Shown piece by piece: positions 28,478-38,162 of a DNA stretch of 64,000 bases (positions within the stretch are counted from its first letter, which is position 1; every line of letters starts with the position of its first letter). The position numbers and the translations under genes are program-made. A model generated the notes under the pieces. That model was not told where the DNA came from and made no database searches. It saw only the letters and a list, made by a program, of their open reading frames with translations. The DNA lies in contig OZ245817.1 in NCBI GenBank assembly GCA_965228475.1, forward strand, positions 1,856,001 through 1,920,000, given 5' to 3'. The stretch comes from Myxococcota bacterium (GTDB lineage: Bacteria > Myxococcota_A > UBA9160 > JAFDDA01).

Positions 28478-29742
28478 GCCGGCGGCGACTCCCGAAGGTG
28501 CGGATCTCCCCGGGTCTTCTTGCGGTGGTCCTGCTCGGCGGTTTCGCCGGAACCGGCTCGGCGCAGGTTCCGCCCGAGGCGATCGGCCGCGTCGAAACGC
28601 TCCCCGCGGAGAAGCCGGCGCACTGGGTCTGGGCCTTCGATGCCGTGAACTCCCGCGTCGCGTTGATCGACCTCGACGACGGCCGCATGCGCGGCATCGT
28701 CGACGGAGGCTGGGGCATCACGACGCCGCTCTTCCCGCCGGGGGGCGGCCTGCTCGTCCCGGAGACCCACTACTCGCGAGGGAGCCGCGGCCAGCGAACG
28801 GACGTCGTGACGTTCTACGACGGCACGTCCCTGGCGCCGGAGTACGAGGTGGTGATCCCCGCGAAGCGGGCGCACAACGTGCTCTCGGTCGGAAACGCGG
28901 CGCTCGAAGACGGGGGTCGCTTCCTGGCCGTTGCGAACATGACCCCGGCCACGTCCCTGAGCATCGTCGACCTCGAGCGGCGGACCTTCGCCGGGGAGGT
29001 GCCGACGCCCGGGTGTGCGCTCGTCTACGGCGCGGGCGCTCGCCGCTTCATCAGCGTGTGCGCCGACGGCACCCTGCTCCTGGTCGAGCTCGACGGCGAG
29101 GGCAACGCCGTGCGCCGGCTGCGCTCGGAGCGCTTCTTCGACGTCGACGCGGATCCGGTCACCGAGAAAGCCGTGCGCCGCGGCGACGTCTGGTACTTCG
29201 TCTCCTTCGAGGGCGTCGTGCACGAGGTCGACGTGTCCGGCGGCGCGCCGCGCTTCGCCGAGCCCTGGCCGCTCTTCGACGACGCCGACCGCGAAGACCG
29301 CTGGCGGGTCGGTGGACGCCAGCTCCTTGCGGTGCATCGGGAGAGCGGCCGCCTGTACGTGCTCGTGCATCAGGGCGGGCCCGATACCCACAAACAGCAC
29401 GGGAGCGAGGCCTGGGTCTACGATCTCGAGTCCCGCACGCGTGAGCAGCGCATCGCCCTGCGCAACCCGGGCCTCACCTACCTCGGCGTGTCGATGGGCT
29501 TCGGTGAAGACTGGATCTGGCCCTTCAACCGGATCTACGACGCGCTCCTCTCCCTCGCGCCCCTCGGTGCCTCGAGCCTGGCCGTGACCCAGGGTGCCGA
29601 GCCGATCCTGATCGCCGCCGGGGAGTTTTCGGGCACGCTCGCGCTTCACGACGCGAGCTCCGGCGACTTCCTGCGCCGGATCACGACGGGGAACACGACG
29701 AATCTCGCCGTCCATGCCCCCTATCTGGGAACGGCGGAGTGA
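28471..29742 (+). CDS. mauB: TTQ amine dehydrogenase large (beta-propeller) subunit, MauB/AauB
   Basis: Signal peptide; ETHYSRGSRGQRTDVV, NMTPATSLSIVD, PTPGC...CADG, WRVGGRQ, THKQ. Confidence 0.88.
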   Translation: MVGRRRLPKVRISPGLLAVVLLGGFAGTGSAQVPPEAIGRVETLPAEKPAHWVWAFDAVNSRVALIDLDDGRMRGIVDGGWGITTPLFPPGGGLLVPETHYSRGSRGQRTDVVTFYDGTSLAPEYEVVIPAKRAHNVLSVGNAALEDGGRFLAVANMTPATSLSIVDLERRTFAGEVPTPGCALVYGAGARRFISVCADGTLLLVELDGEGNAVRRLRSERFFDVDADPVTEKAVRRGDVWYFVSFEGVVHEVDVSGGAPRFAEPWPLFDDADREDRWRVGGRQLLAVHRESGRLYVLVHQGGPDTHKQHGSEAWVYDLESRTREQRIALRNPGLTYLGVSMGFGEDWIWPFNRIYDALLSLAPLGASSLAVTQGAEPILIAAGEFSGTLALHDASSGDFLRRITTGNTTNLAVHAPYLGTAE

Positions 29743-29758
29743 GTCCGGGGTGGGTGGA

Positions 29759-30304
29759 GTGAGTCTCGACCCGGTCGTCCTCTGGATCCTGCGCGGAAGC
29801 GTCGCCCTGCTCCTCCTGCTGGCCGCCGCCCACAAGCTGCGCGCGCCCCGCGACTTTCGCGCGATGGTCGCCGACTATGCGCTTCTTCCCTCTGCGCTCC
29901 TTCCGGCGTTCGCGTGGGGGCTTCCCGTCCTGGAGGCCGGGCTCGGGATCGCGCTGGCGTTCGAGGCGACGGCCGTGTGGGCCGCCCGAGCCTCGGCGGG
30001 CCTGTTCGCGCTCTATGCGTTCGCCATCGCAGTGAACCTCGTTCGCGGCCGCCGGCACGTCGCGTGCGGGTGCTTCGGGCCGGCGGCCGAGCGGCCGATC
30101 CACGCGGGCCTCGTCCTGCGCAACAGTGGGCTCGCGGGCGTGGCCCTGGCGGGGAGCCTCGCGGCGACGCCGCGGAGCCTCGGTGCGCCCGACGCGTTCA
30201 CGGTCGCCGCCGCGATCGCGTGTCTCGCCTCCGCCTACTTTGCCGCGGACGCGCTGCTCGGCGCCGATCCTCATCGCGTGTCCGCTCCGAGGGGGCTCTC
30301 GTGA
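29759..30304 (+). CDS. mauE: Methylamine utilisation membrane protein MauE
   Basis: HKLR...F...Y.LLP, NLVRGR...CGCFG, LVLRN; start uncertain (29714-29759). Confidence 0.85.
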   Translation: MSLDPVVLWILRGSVALLLLLAAAHKLRAPRDFRAMVADYALLPSALLPAFAWGLPVLEAGLGIALAFEATAVWAARASAGLFALYAFAIAVNLVRGRRHVACGCFGPAAERPIHAGLVLRNSGLAGVALAGSLAATPRSLGAPDAFTVAAAIACLASAYFAADALLGADPHRVSAPRGLS

Positions 30305-30930
30305 GCGAGCCCTGGGTCGTCTCGCAGGTCGTCCTCTGGGTCGTCGTCGTCGGGCTGGCCCTGGTGGTGCTGGCGCTCGCGCGTCAGATCGGGCTGCTGC
30401 ACGAGCGCATCGCGCCGGTCGGCGCGCTCGTCGGTGCGGAGACGCCGAGGGTCGGAGAGCTCGCGCCCACCCTCGAGATCGAATCCTGGTCGGGGAAGTC
30501 GGTTCGGGTCGGGGGCGTCGCCCCGGACGGGCGCAGCTCGCTGCTGCTGTTCGTCTCGCCGACCTGTCCGGTGTGCCGGGAACTCCTGCCGGTGGCTCGC
30601 GCGATGGTGTCGAGCGCGACCGAGCGGGTCCGCCTGGTCCTCGCCTCCGACGGTCCGCGCGAAGAGCACGAGACCTACGTCGCGCGGAACGGACTCTCGG
30701 AGGAGACCTATCTCCTTTCGAAGCCGCTCGGACTCGCCTACCAGATCGGACGGCTTCCCCACGCGGTGTTGCTCGACGAAGCGGGCGTCGTCCGGGCGCG
30801 GGGCCTGGTCAATACCCGCGAGCATCTCGAGAGCCTGTTCGAGGCGCGAGACCGCGGCGTATCCTCGGTTCAGGAGTATCTTGCGCACGAGCAGCCGGAT
30901 CGTCCGGCCCGCGAGGAGGCTCACGGATGA
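30301..30930 (+). CDS. mauD: Methylamine dehydrogenase accessory protein MauD (thioredoxin-like)
   Basis: ARQIGLLHERIAPVGAL, FVSPTCPVC, GLVNTREHLESL. Confidence 0.92.
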   Translation: MSEPWVVSQVVLWVVVVGLALVVLALARQIGLLHERIAPVGALVGAETPRVGELAPTLEIESWSGKSVRVGGVAPDGRSSLLLFVSPTCPVCRELLPVARAMVSSATERVRLVLASDGPREEHETYVARNGLSEETYLLSKPLGLAYQIGRLPHAVLLDEAGVVRARGLVNTREHLESLFEARDRGVSSVQEYLAHEQPDRPAREEAHG

Positions 30931-31469
30931 GTGCCATCGATCGTCTCGTTTCCGATGCGTCCCGGCGTCTCGCGCGCTCGACCTCGCGCCGCGGCTTTCT
31001 CGGGCGGCTCGGCGGGCTCCTCCTCGGGGGCGCGGCGGTCCCGCTGCTGCCCGTGGCGCGCGCTGCGGCGCAGGGCCGCGAGCCGGCCCCCGGCGAGCCC
31101 GACCCGGAGACGCCGGAAGGCGACCCGAACCACTGCGACTACTGGCGCTACTGCGGCGTCGACGGCTTCCTCGCGAGCTGCTGCGGTGGAACGCACCGCT
31201 CCTGCCCGCCCGGGACCGAGATGTCCGCGGTCACCTGGGTGGGGACGTGCCGCAACCCGGCGGACGGGCGCGACTACGTCATCTCCTACAACGACTGCTG
31301 CGGCAAGAACGCCTGCGGGCGCTGCTTCTGCAATCGCAACGAAGGCGACAAGCCGATCTACTTCCCCTCGAAGTCGAACGACATCAACTGGTGCATGGGC
31401 CGGGCGGGCGTCGTCTACAACTCGACCACGGCCATCGTGATCGGCGTCGCGACGGAACCGGACCGGTGA
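30927..31469 (+). CDS. mauA: TTQ amine dehydrogenase small subunit (aromatic-amine-dehydrogenase-like)
   Basis: Tat signal SRRGFLG; CDYWRYC.VDG, TWVGTC (Trp57-equivalent), YNDCCG, NDINWC (Trp108-equivalent). Confidence 0.93.
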   Translation: MSAIDRLVSDASRRLARSTSRRGFLGRLGGLLLGGAAVPLLPVARAAAQGREPAPGEPDPETPEGDPNHCDYWRYCGVDGFLASCCGGTHRSCPPGTEMSAVTWVGTCRNPADGRDYVISYNDCCGKNACGRCFCNRNEGDKPIYFPSKSNDINWCMGRAGVVYNSTTAIVIGVATEPDR

Positions 31470-31936
31470 TCTCGCGGCTCGTGGTTGCCCGGCCCCGGAG
31501 GACGCTCCTCCTGCCGGCGCTCCTCGCCCTCGGCCTCGCGCCGGTCGGCGCGGCTGCCGAATCCCCAGGCGTCCTCTACATGCTCCACTGCCAGGGCTGC
31601 CACCTTGCAGACGGGACCGGCGCGCCGGGTGCGGTGCCGAGCCTCGCGGGCTCGCTCGCGGCGTATCTCACCGTGCCGGACGGCCGCGCCTATCTCGTGC
31701 AGGTTCCGGGCAGCGCTTCGTCCCGCCTCGACGACGCCGAGCTCGCCGACGTCCTGAACTGGATGCTGCTGCGGTTCGGCCCCGAGGCTGCCGCCCGGGG
31801 GGCGGCGCCGTACACGCGGGACGAGGTCGCACGCCTGCGGAGCACCCCCCTCGAAGACGTCGATGGGACCCGCCGGCGCCTCCGCGAGCAGATCTCCACC
31901 GGTTCCCCGGGCCTCCGGCCGCCGGGAGCCGGATGA
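31466..31936 (+). CDS. Monoheme cytochrome c
   Basis: Signal peptide; YMLHCQGCH, VPSL, GRAYLVQVPG; GTGA-coupled to mauA. Confidence 0.85.
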   Translation: MISRLVVARPRRTLLLPALLALGLAPVGAAAESPGVLYMLHCQGCHLADGTGAPGAVPSLAGSLAAYLTVPDGRAYLVQVPGSASSRLDDAELADVLNWMLLRFGPEAAARGAAPYTRDEVARLRSTPLEDVDGTRRRLREQISTGSPGLRPPGAG

Positions 31937-33024
31937 CCTCTTCGCAAGCGGGGCCCCGGCCCGAGATCGTCTCCCTGACCGGCCTTCGCGCCTTCGCCGC
32001 CCTCTGGGTCGTGGCGCATCACCATCGTGTCTTCGTCGAGGGGGAGCTGGCCGCGCCCTTCGCCGGCATGCTCGAGCGGGGCTACCTCGGTGTCGACGTC
32101 TTCTTCACGTTGAGCGGGTTCGTCCTCGCCTACAACTACGGCGGGCGCCTGAAGAGCGGCGCCGATCACGTTCGTTTCCTGGTGCTGCGGATCGCGCGGC
32201 TCTATCCGCTGCACCTCGCGACCTTCCTGGGACTGGCGGGGCTCGCGACGTTGGCGCCGCTGCTGGGCGTGGAGCCCGGGAGCCCCGAGCGCTACGTCTT
32301 CGACCGTCACTTCGTCTTGCACCTCTTCATGGTGCACGCCTGGGGGTTCGAAGACTCCCTGCGTTTCAACCAGCCTTCCTGGTCGGTCTCGGCGGAGTTC
32401 TTCGCCTACCTCTGCTTCCCGCTGGCCTGGGCGATCGTTTCGCGGGCTCGCGGGGCGGCTGTCTCGGCGGCCGGTGCGGGCGCGGCATGCGCCGCCGTGA
32501 TCCTCGCCCTCCGCGCCCTCGGCTACGACGGGCTCCACGTCCCGACCGGTCATGCGTTGGTGCGCGTGGCCGGGGAGTTCCTGGCGGGCTGTTTCGTCTT
32601 CCGTGCCGTCGAGCAGGGGGGGCCGCGTCTCGGCGCCGCGGCGACCGCCGTCGCGCTGGCCGCGCTCGTGGGTCTCGCGCTCTCGCCCTGGGGCGACCCA
32701 TGGATGGCGCCGGGCGCCTCCCTGCTCGTCTACGTCCTGGCCCAGGGGAGCGGTGGCGCGCTGAAGGCGTTCACGGCGCCGGCCGTCCGCTACCTCGGCA
32801 AGATCTCCTACTCGATCTACCTCACGCACATGCCCATGCTCGCGCTGCTCCACCGGATCCTTCCCAGCTGGGAACTCGGTGCGCTCCCCTGGCTGCCCAC
32901 GCTGGCCATTCTCGCGGCCCACACGGTGGTGATCCTCGGGGTCGCGGCGGCGAGCTACCGCTGGATCGAGGCTCCCGCCCGGGAGGCGATCCGTAACCGT
33001 CTGGATCTCGGTAGAACGCCCTAG
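31933..33024 (+). CDS. Acyltransferase family 3 (OafA/YrhL-like) membrane O-acyltransferase
   Basis: SLTGLRAFAA, GVDVFFTLSGF, RIARLYP, WSVSAEFFAY, LGKISYSIYLTH. Confidence 0.9.
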   Translation: MTSSQAGPRPEIVSLTGLRAFAALWVVAHHHRVFVEGELAAPFAGMLERGYLGVDVFFTLSGFVLAYNYGGRLKSGADHVRFLVLRIARLYPLHLATFLGLAGLATLAPLLGVEPGSPERYVFDRHFVLHLFMVHAWGFEDSLRFNQPSWSVSAEFFAYLCFPLAWAIVSRARGAAVSAAGAGAACAAVILALRALGYDGLHVPTGHALVRVAGEFLAGCFVFRAVEQGGPRLGAAATAVALAALVGLALSPWGDPWMAPGASLLVYVLAQGSGGALKAFTAPAVRYLGKISYSIYLTHMPMLALLHRILPSWELGALPWLPTLAILAAHTVVILGVAAASYRWIEAPAREAIRNRLDLGRTP

Positions 33025-33064
33025 CCGCCGCCGGCGGCTTCGCACCCCGTGTGACCGAAAGCCC

Positions 33065-33091
33065 CGAAGTCCGGCCCGGGGCGCGCCGATA
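33065..33091 (+). promoter_or_regulatory. Putative sigma28-type promoter
   Basis: CGAAG-N15-GCCGATA upstream of the diguanylate cyclase. Confidence 0.45.
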
Positions 33092-33129
33092 CGTCCGGGG
33101 TGCCCGTCCGTCCGGGCACCGGAGAGCGA

Positions 33130-34050
33130 ATGGCGACCCTGTTGATCATCGAAGACTCGCCGACGCACCGCGCGGAGATCCGCGCGGCGGTGGAGCCGAC
33201 GGGCCTCTTCCAGGAGGTGATCGAGGCCGAGGACGGCGTGGCCGGGCTGAAGACCCTGCTCTCGGAATCGATCGACGTCGTGCTGTGCGACCTCCACATG
33301 CCGGGACTCGACGGCGAGAAGCTCCTTCGCATGCGTTCGAGCCAGGGCGTGAGCGCCGAGGTTCCCTTCCTCTTCCTTTCGGCGAGCCAGGATCAAGAGC
33401 AGATCATCCGCCTGCTCGAGGGCGGCGCCGCCGACACGATCTCGAAACCCTTCCATCCGGCGGAGCTCGTGGCGCGGCTCGCGCTGCACCTGAAGCTGAA
33501 GCGGCTGCAGGACGAGCTGCGCGAGAAGAACGCGATGCTCGGGAAGCTCTCGACGACCGACCCCGTGACCGGTCTGCGCACGCGCCGCTATGCGAGCGAG
33601 GTGCTGAACATCGAGTGGATCCGCGCGCGCCGCTACCACCACGGGCTCTCGGTGATGATGGCGGACCTCGACCACTTCAAGCGGGTGAACGACGAGTACG
33701 GTCACCCGGCCGGGGATGCCGTCCTGCGCGGCGTCTCCGAGATCCTTCGCCAGACCCTGCGCGCCTCGGACGTGGCCGGCCGCTACGGCGGCGAGGAGAT
33801 CCTCGTGGTCCTCCCGCACACGGACGTCGACGGCGCGAAGCAGCTCGCCGAACGCTGGCGCGAGGCCGTGGCCCACGCGGCCTTCGACTCGCCCGATGGT
33901 CGCGAAGTGGAAGTGACCGTGAGCATCGGCGTCGCGTCCTTCGACGCGGAGCACGCCTCGCCCGAAGACCTGGTCACCGCTGCCGACGAAGCGCTCTACG
34001 CCGCGAAGCACGGCGGGCGCGACCGCGTGGTGGCGGCCGGCGAGGCCTAG
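33130..34050 (+). CDS. Response-regulator diguanylate cyclase (REC-GGDEF)
   Basis: LIIEDS, CDLHMP, KPF; DLDHFKRVND; RxxD I-site (RASD) and RYGGEEI. Confidence 0.92.
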   Translation: MATLLIIEDSPTHRAEIRAAVEPTGLFQEVIEAEDGVAGLKTLLSESIDVVLCDLHMPGLDGEKLLRMRSSQGVSAEVPFLFLSASQDQEQIIRLLEGGAADTISKPFHPAELVARLALHLKLKRLQDELREKNAMLGKLSTTDPVTGLRTRRYASEVLNIEWIRARRYHHGLSVMMADLDHFKRVNDEYGHPAGDAVLRGVSEILRQTLRASDVAGRYGGEEILVVLPHTDVDGAKQLAERWREAVAHAAFDSPDGREVEVTVSIGVASFDAEHASPEDLVTAADEALYAAKHGGRDRVVAAGEA

Positions 34051-35396
34051 GGCTTCTCCGATTCCGCACGGCGCTTGCGCCAGGCCGCGAGCCGCTGCGC
34101 GATCGCTTCCTCCGCACCCACCTCCTTCGGCTCGTAGAAGGTCTCCTTCTGGAGCGCCTCGGGCAGGTTCGGATCCGCGACGAAGGCCTCGGGCTCGTCG
34201 TGGGCGTAGCGGTAGCCCGCGCCGTGGCCGAGTTCCTTCATCAGCCGCGTCGGCGCGTTGCGAAGATGCTTCGGTACGGGAAGGCTGCCGTGGGCCTCGA
34301 CCGCCGCCATCGCCCGGCCGAGCGCGACGTAGGCCGCGTTGCTCTTGGGCGCGCACGCCAGGTAGCTCGTGGCCTGGGCCAGCGGGATGCGCGCCTCCGG
34401 CATGCCGATGCGCTCGACGGCGAGCTGGGTCGAGGTGGCGAGAGGCAGGGCGGCCGGGTCGGCGTTGCCGACGTCCTCGCTCGCGAAGATGACGAGCCGC
34501 CGCGCCACGAAGCGGGGGTCTTCGCCCGCCTCGAGCATGCGGGCCAGCCAGTAGAGGGCGGCGTCCGGGTCGCTCGCGCGCATACTCTTGATGAGGGCGG
34601 AGACGACGTCGTAGTGGGCGTCGCGGTCCCGGTCGTGGGCGAGGATGCGCCTGCCCGCGGCGCGCCGGATCGTCTCGAAGGAGAGCGTCTTCGCTCCGTC
34701 GGCGGCTTCGAGGGCCACGGCGTCCTCGAGCAGGCCGAGGGCGCGCCGGGCATCGCCGTCGCAGGCGGCGGCCACGGCGCGCAGGGCCTCGTCGCTCGCG
34801 TCGACCCGGCTTCGCCCGAGCCCGCGGTCGTCGTCTTCGAGGGCGCGCCGCAGGAGCGTGGTCAGCGCGGTCGCGTCGAGGGGCTCCAGCGTGACGACGC
34901 GGCAGCGCGAGAGCAGCGGCGCGTTGACCTCGAAGGAGGGGTTCTCGGTCGTCGCGCCGACGAGGGTCACCGTGCCCTGCTCGGCGTGGGGGAGCAGCGC
35001 GTCCTGCTGGGCGCGGTTGAAGCGGTGGATCTCGTCGATGAACAGGACGGTGCGGCGCCCCTGGGAGCGGTCGAGGGCGGCGGCGGAGACCGCCTCGCGG
35101 ACGTCCTTCACCCCGGCCAGTACGGCCGAGAGCGGCTGGAAACGCGCGCGCGCGGCGACGGCGAGCAGGCGCGCGAGGGTGGTCTTGCCGCAGCCCGGCG
35201 GGCCCCAAAGGATGAGCGAGGGCAGCTCGTCCGCGTCGAGCAGGGTGCGCAACGGTGCGCCGGGGGCGAGCAGACGATCCTGGCCGACGACCTCCGCGAG
35301 TTCGCGCGGCCGCATGCGTTCCGCCAGCGGAACCAGGCGGCGCTTCGTCTCCGCGTCCGCGCGCGGGGCGAACAGGTCTCCGGGCTCTCCGTCCAT
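34047..35396 (-). CDS. rarA: Replication-associated recombination protein A (AAA+)
   Basis: PLAERMRP, GPPGCGKTT, IDEIHRFN, ATTENP, ASEDVGNAD. Confidence 0.95.
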   Translation of the reverse strand: MDGEPGDLFAPRADAETKRRLVPLAERMRPRELAEVVGQDRLLAPGAPLRTLLDADELPSLILWGPPGCGKTTLARLLAVAARARFQPLSAVLAGVKDVREAVSAAALDRSQGRRTVLFIDEIHRFNRAQQDALLPHAEQGTVTLVGATTENPSFEVNAPLLSRCRVVTLEPLDATALTTLLRRALEDDDRGLGRSRVDASDEALRAVAAACDGDARRALGLLEDAVALEAADGAKTLSFETIRRAAGRRILAHDRDRDAHYDVVSALIKSMRASDPDAALYWLARMLEAGEDPRFVARRLVIFASEDVGNADPAALPLATSTQLAVERIGMPEARIPLAQATSYLACAPKSNAAYVALGRAMAAVEAHGSLPVPKHLRNAPTRLMKELGHGAGYRYAHDEPEAFVADPNLPEALQKETFYEPKEVGAEEAIAQRLAAWRKRRAESEKP

Positions 35397-35535
35397 CGCG
35401 TCGATGGTACCGCGAGGAACCGCCGGGCTCCTCTGCGGTCCGCTCGCGCCCGGCGGTTCCCGGCCGCACCGGGCCGCCGGCTTGCCGCCCCGGGTGGGGG
35501 ATGTGATATTGACCCGACGCCCAGGAGAAGGACCC

Positions 35536-36387
35536 ATGGCGATCCGATCCGTCGGTCTTTGCGTGCGCGCGAACCATCCCGAAGCCGGCGGCACCGTCCG
35601 CGGGCTCGCGAAGTGGCTCGATGCGCGTGGCCTTTCCGTCCGGCTCGATGAAGAGGCCGGCGAGCTGGTGGGCCGTCCGGGTGAGACCCGGGAAGAGATC
35701 GCGGCCGCCGCGGACCTGCTCGTGGTGCTCGGCGGCGACGGGACCCTGCTCTCGGCGGCGCGGGCGAGCGGCGAGCGGGCCGTGCCGATCCTCGGCGTGA
35801 ACCTCGGCCGCCTGGGCTTCCTCACGGAGACGAGCCACGACGAGCTCTATGCCGCCCTCGAACGCGTGCTCGCGGGCGAGGCGCGCGTGGAGGCCCGCAT
35901 GCGGCTGGCCGTGCGCGCCGAGCGCGAAGGGCGCGTCCTCGGCGAGTGGCTCGCCCTGAACGACGCGGTCATCACCTCGCAGCATCTGGCGCGCATGCTC
36001 GATCTCGACGCCTTCGTCGACGGCCGCAAGGTCACGACCTACCACGCCGACGGCCTGATCGCGTCCACGCCGACCGGCTCGACGGCCTACTCGCTCTCGG
36101 CGGGGGGCCCGATCCTCGACCCCGCCCTCGACGCGGTCGTGCTCTCGCCGATCTCGCCCCACACCCTGACCCAGCGGCCCATCGTCCTCCCTGCGGACCG
36201 CAAGATCGAGATCTCCCCCGCGACGACGGGGACCCAGATCACCGTCGACGGCCAGGCCGGCGTCCGGCTCGAAGAAGGAGACCGCGTCCACGTCACGCGC
36301 TCCCAGTTCCCAGCGCAGCTCGTGGTCTCGCCCTTCCGCACGCGCTTCGAGATCCTGCGCACCAAGCTCCACTGGGGTGAGCGCTAG
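35536..36387 (+). CDS. nadK: NAD kinase
   Basis: GGDGTLL, GRLGFL, LND, TPTGSTAYSLSAGGP. Confidence 0.95.
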   Translation: MAIRSVGLCVRANHPEAGGTVRGLAKWLDARGLSVRLDEEAGELVGRPGETREEIAAAADLLVVLGGDGTLLSAARASGERAVPILGVNLGRLGFLTETSHDELYAALERVLAGEARVEARMRLAVRAEREGRVLGEWLALNDAVITSQHLARMLDLDAFVDGRKVTTYHADGLIASTPTGSTAYSLSAGGPILDPALDAVVLSPISPHTLTQRPIVLPADRKIEISPATTGTQITVDGQAGVRLEEGDRVHVTRSQFPAQLVVSPFRTRFEILRTKLHWGER

Positions 36388-36389
36388 GC

Positions 36390-38084
36390 GTGCTCGAATC
36401 GCTTCGCATCGAGCGGCTCGCCGTCGTGGACTCGGTCGAGATCGAACTCGGCCCGGGTCTGAACGTGCTGACGGGCGAGACCGGCGCGGGCAAGTCGATC
36501 ATCCTCTCGGCCCTGGGCCTGCTCGCCGGCGGACGGGCGAGCGGCGAGACGATCCGCGCCGGGGCCGAGGACGCCCTCGTCGAGGCCGTCTTCTCGACGG
36601 CGGACCTCGCCGACGTGAAGGAAGCCCTGGCCGAGCGGGGCTTCGAGGCGGACGAGGATTCGCTCGTGGTGCGGCGGCAGCTCGCCCGGAGCGGACGCCA
36701 CCGCGCCCGCGTCGCCGGGGAGACGGTGCCCGCGGGCCTGCTCGGCGAACTGTTCTCGGGACGTCTCGAGATCTCGAGCCAGCACGCTTCCCAGGCGCTG
36801 CTGCGGCCGGAAGCCCAGAGCCGCCTGCTCGACGAGTTCGGAGGCCTGCTCACGTCGCGCCAGCGCGTCGCGGAGGCCTACGCCCGGGTGAAGGACCTCG
36901 ACGAGCGCGCGCACGCCCTGCGCGCCGCGGCGGAGGAGCGCGCGCGGCGCGAGGACTTCCTCTCCTTCCAGGTCGAAGAGATCGATGCCGTGGCTCTCGA
37001 GGAGGGCGAGTGGGAGGGGCTCGTCTCCGAACGCGCGCGCCTCGGCCACGCGGATCAGCTCGGTCTCGGCGTTCGCGAGGCGGTGGTGGCACTCTCCGGC
37101 GACCCGGGCGCGGCCGACGCTCCGGGTGCAGCGGATTGGACGGCCCGGGCCGGGCGCGCCGTCGAGGGGCTCGCGGCCCTCGACGCTTCGCTCGAGCCGT
37201 TCGCCGAGCGGCTCCAGGCGGCGGCCGAGGAGATCGCCGACCTCGCCGCCGAGCTCGAGCGCTACGGAGACGGCGTCGAAGCGGATCCGGCGCGTCTGGC
37301 CGAGGTCGAGGAGCGCCTGGCGCGCATCGAGCGCCTGAAGCGGAAGTACGGCGAGGACGTCGCCCAGGTGCTCGCCTTTCGCGAACAGGCGGCGGAGGAG
37401 CTCGCGTCGCTGCGCGGCGCCGAGGCGGGGCTTTCGAAGCTCGATGCCGAACGCGCCGAGGCCCGGGCCGACCTCTCGCGCGCCGCAGAGGAACTCACGG
37501 CCGGCCGCACGAAGGCCGCGGCGAAGCTCTCGCGCGCCGCGCAGAAGGGGATCCGCTCGCTCGCCCTCGAGCAGGCGCGCTTCCAGGTCGAGCTCGAGCC
37601 CGCCGCCGGCCCGGACGATCTGCCGAGCGGACCGAACGGCGCCGAGACGGCGGCCTTCCGGTTCGCCGCGGATCCCGGCACCGAGCTGCGCGACCTGCGG
37701 CGCGTCGCCTCCGGCGGCGAGCTCTCGCGCGTGTTCCTCGCGCTGAAGAACGTCCTTCGCCCCTTCGGCGCCGGCATGGTTCTCGTCTTCGACGAAGTGG
37801 ACGCCGGGATCGGCGGCGCCGTGGCGGACCGCGTCGGCGCGTCGCTCGCGGAGCTCGCCGAGGAGCACCAGGTCCTCTGCATCACGCACCTTCCCCAGGT
37901 CGCGGCGCGCGCGGAGCACCACTTCCGCGTCCACAAGGCGACCGAGAAGGGGCGGGCGGTGACCCGGGTGGATCCGCTCGGCGATTCCGCCCGCGTCGAC
38001 GAGATCGCCCGCATGGCCGGGGGCGCCCAGATCACGGCGGCCACCCGCAAGCACGCCCAGGAACTCCTCGCCGCCGGCCGCTAG
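36390..38084 (+). CDS. recN: DNA repair protein RecN
   Basis: LTGETGAGKS, ASGGELSR, FDEVDAG, ITHLPQVAA. Confidence 0.95.
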   Translation: MLESLRIERLAVVDSVEIELGPGLNVLTGETGAGKSIILSALGLLAGGRASGETIRAGAEDALVEAVFSTADLADVKEALAERGFEADEDSLVVRRQLARSGRHRARVAGETVPAGLLGELFSGRLEISSQHASQALLRPEAQSRLLDEFGGLLTSRQRVAEAYARVKDLDERAHALRAAAEERARREDFLSFQVEEIDAVALEEGEWEGLVSERARLGHADQLGLGVREAVVALSGDPGAADAPGAADWTARAGRAVEGLAALDASLEPFAERLQAAAEEIADLAAELERYGDGVEADPARLAEVEERLARIERLKRKYGEDVAQVLAFREQAAEELASLRGAEAGLSKLDAERAEARADLSRAAEELTAGRTKAAAKLSRAAQKGIRSLALEQARFQVELEPAAGPDDLPSGPNGAETAAFRFAADPGTELRDLRRVASGGELSRVFLALKNVLRPFGAGMVLVFDEVDAGIGGAVADRVGASLAELAEEHQVLCITHLPQVAARAEHHFRVHKATEKGRAVTRVDPLGDSARVDEIARMAGGAQITAATRKHAQELLAAGR

Positions 38085-38162
38085 GGCACGCCCCGACCCG
38101 CCGACCGGCAACTCGGGTGCAAGCCCCAGGCAGGCCTCCGGCAAAAACCCGACCGCTGGGGG

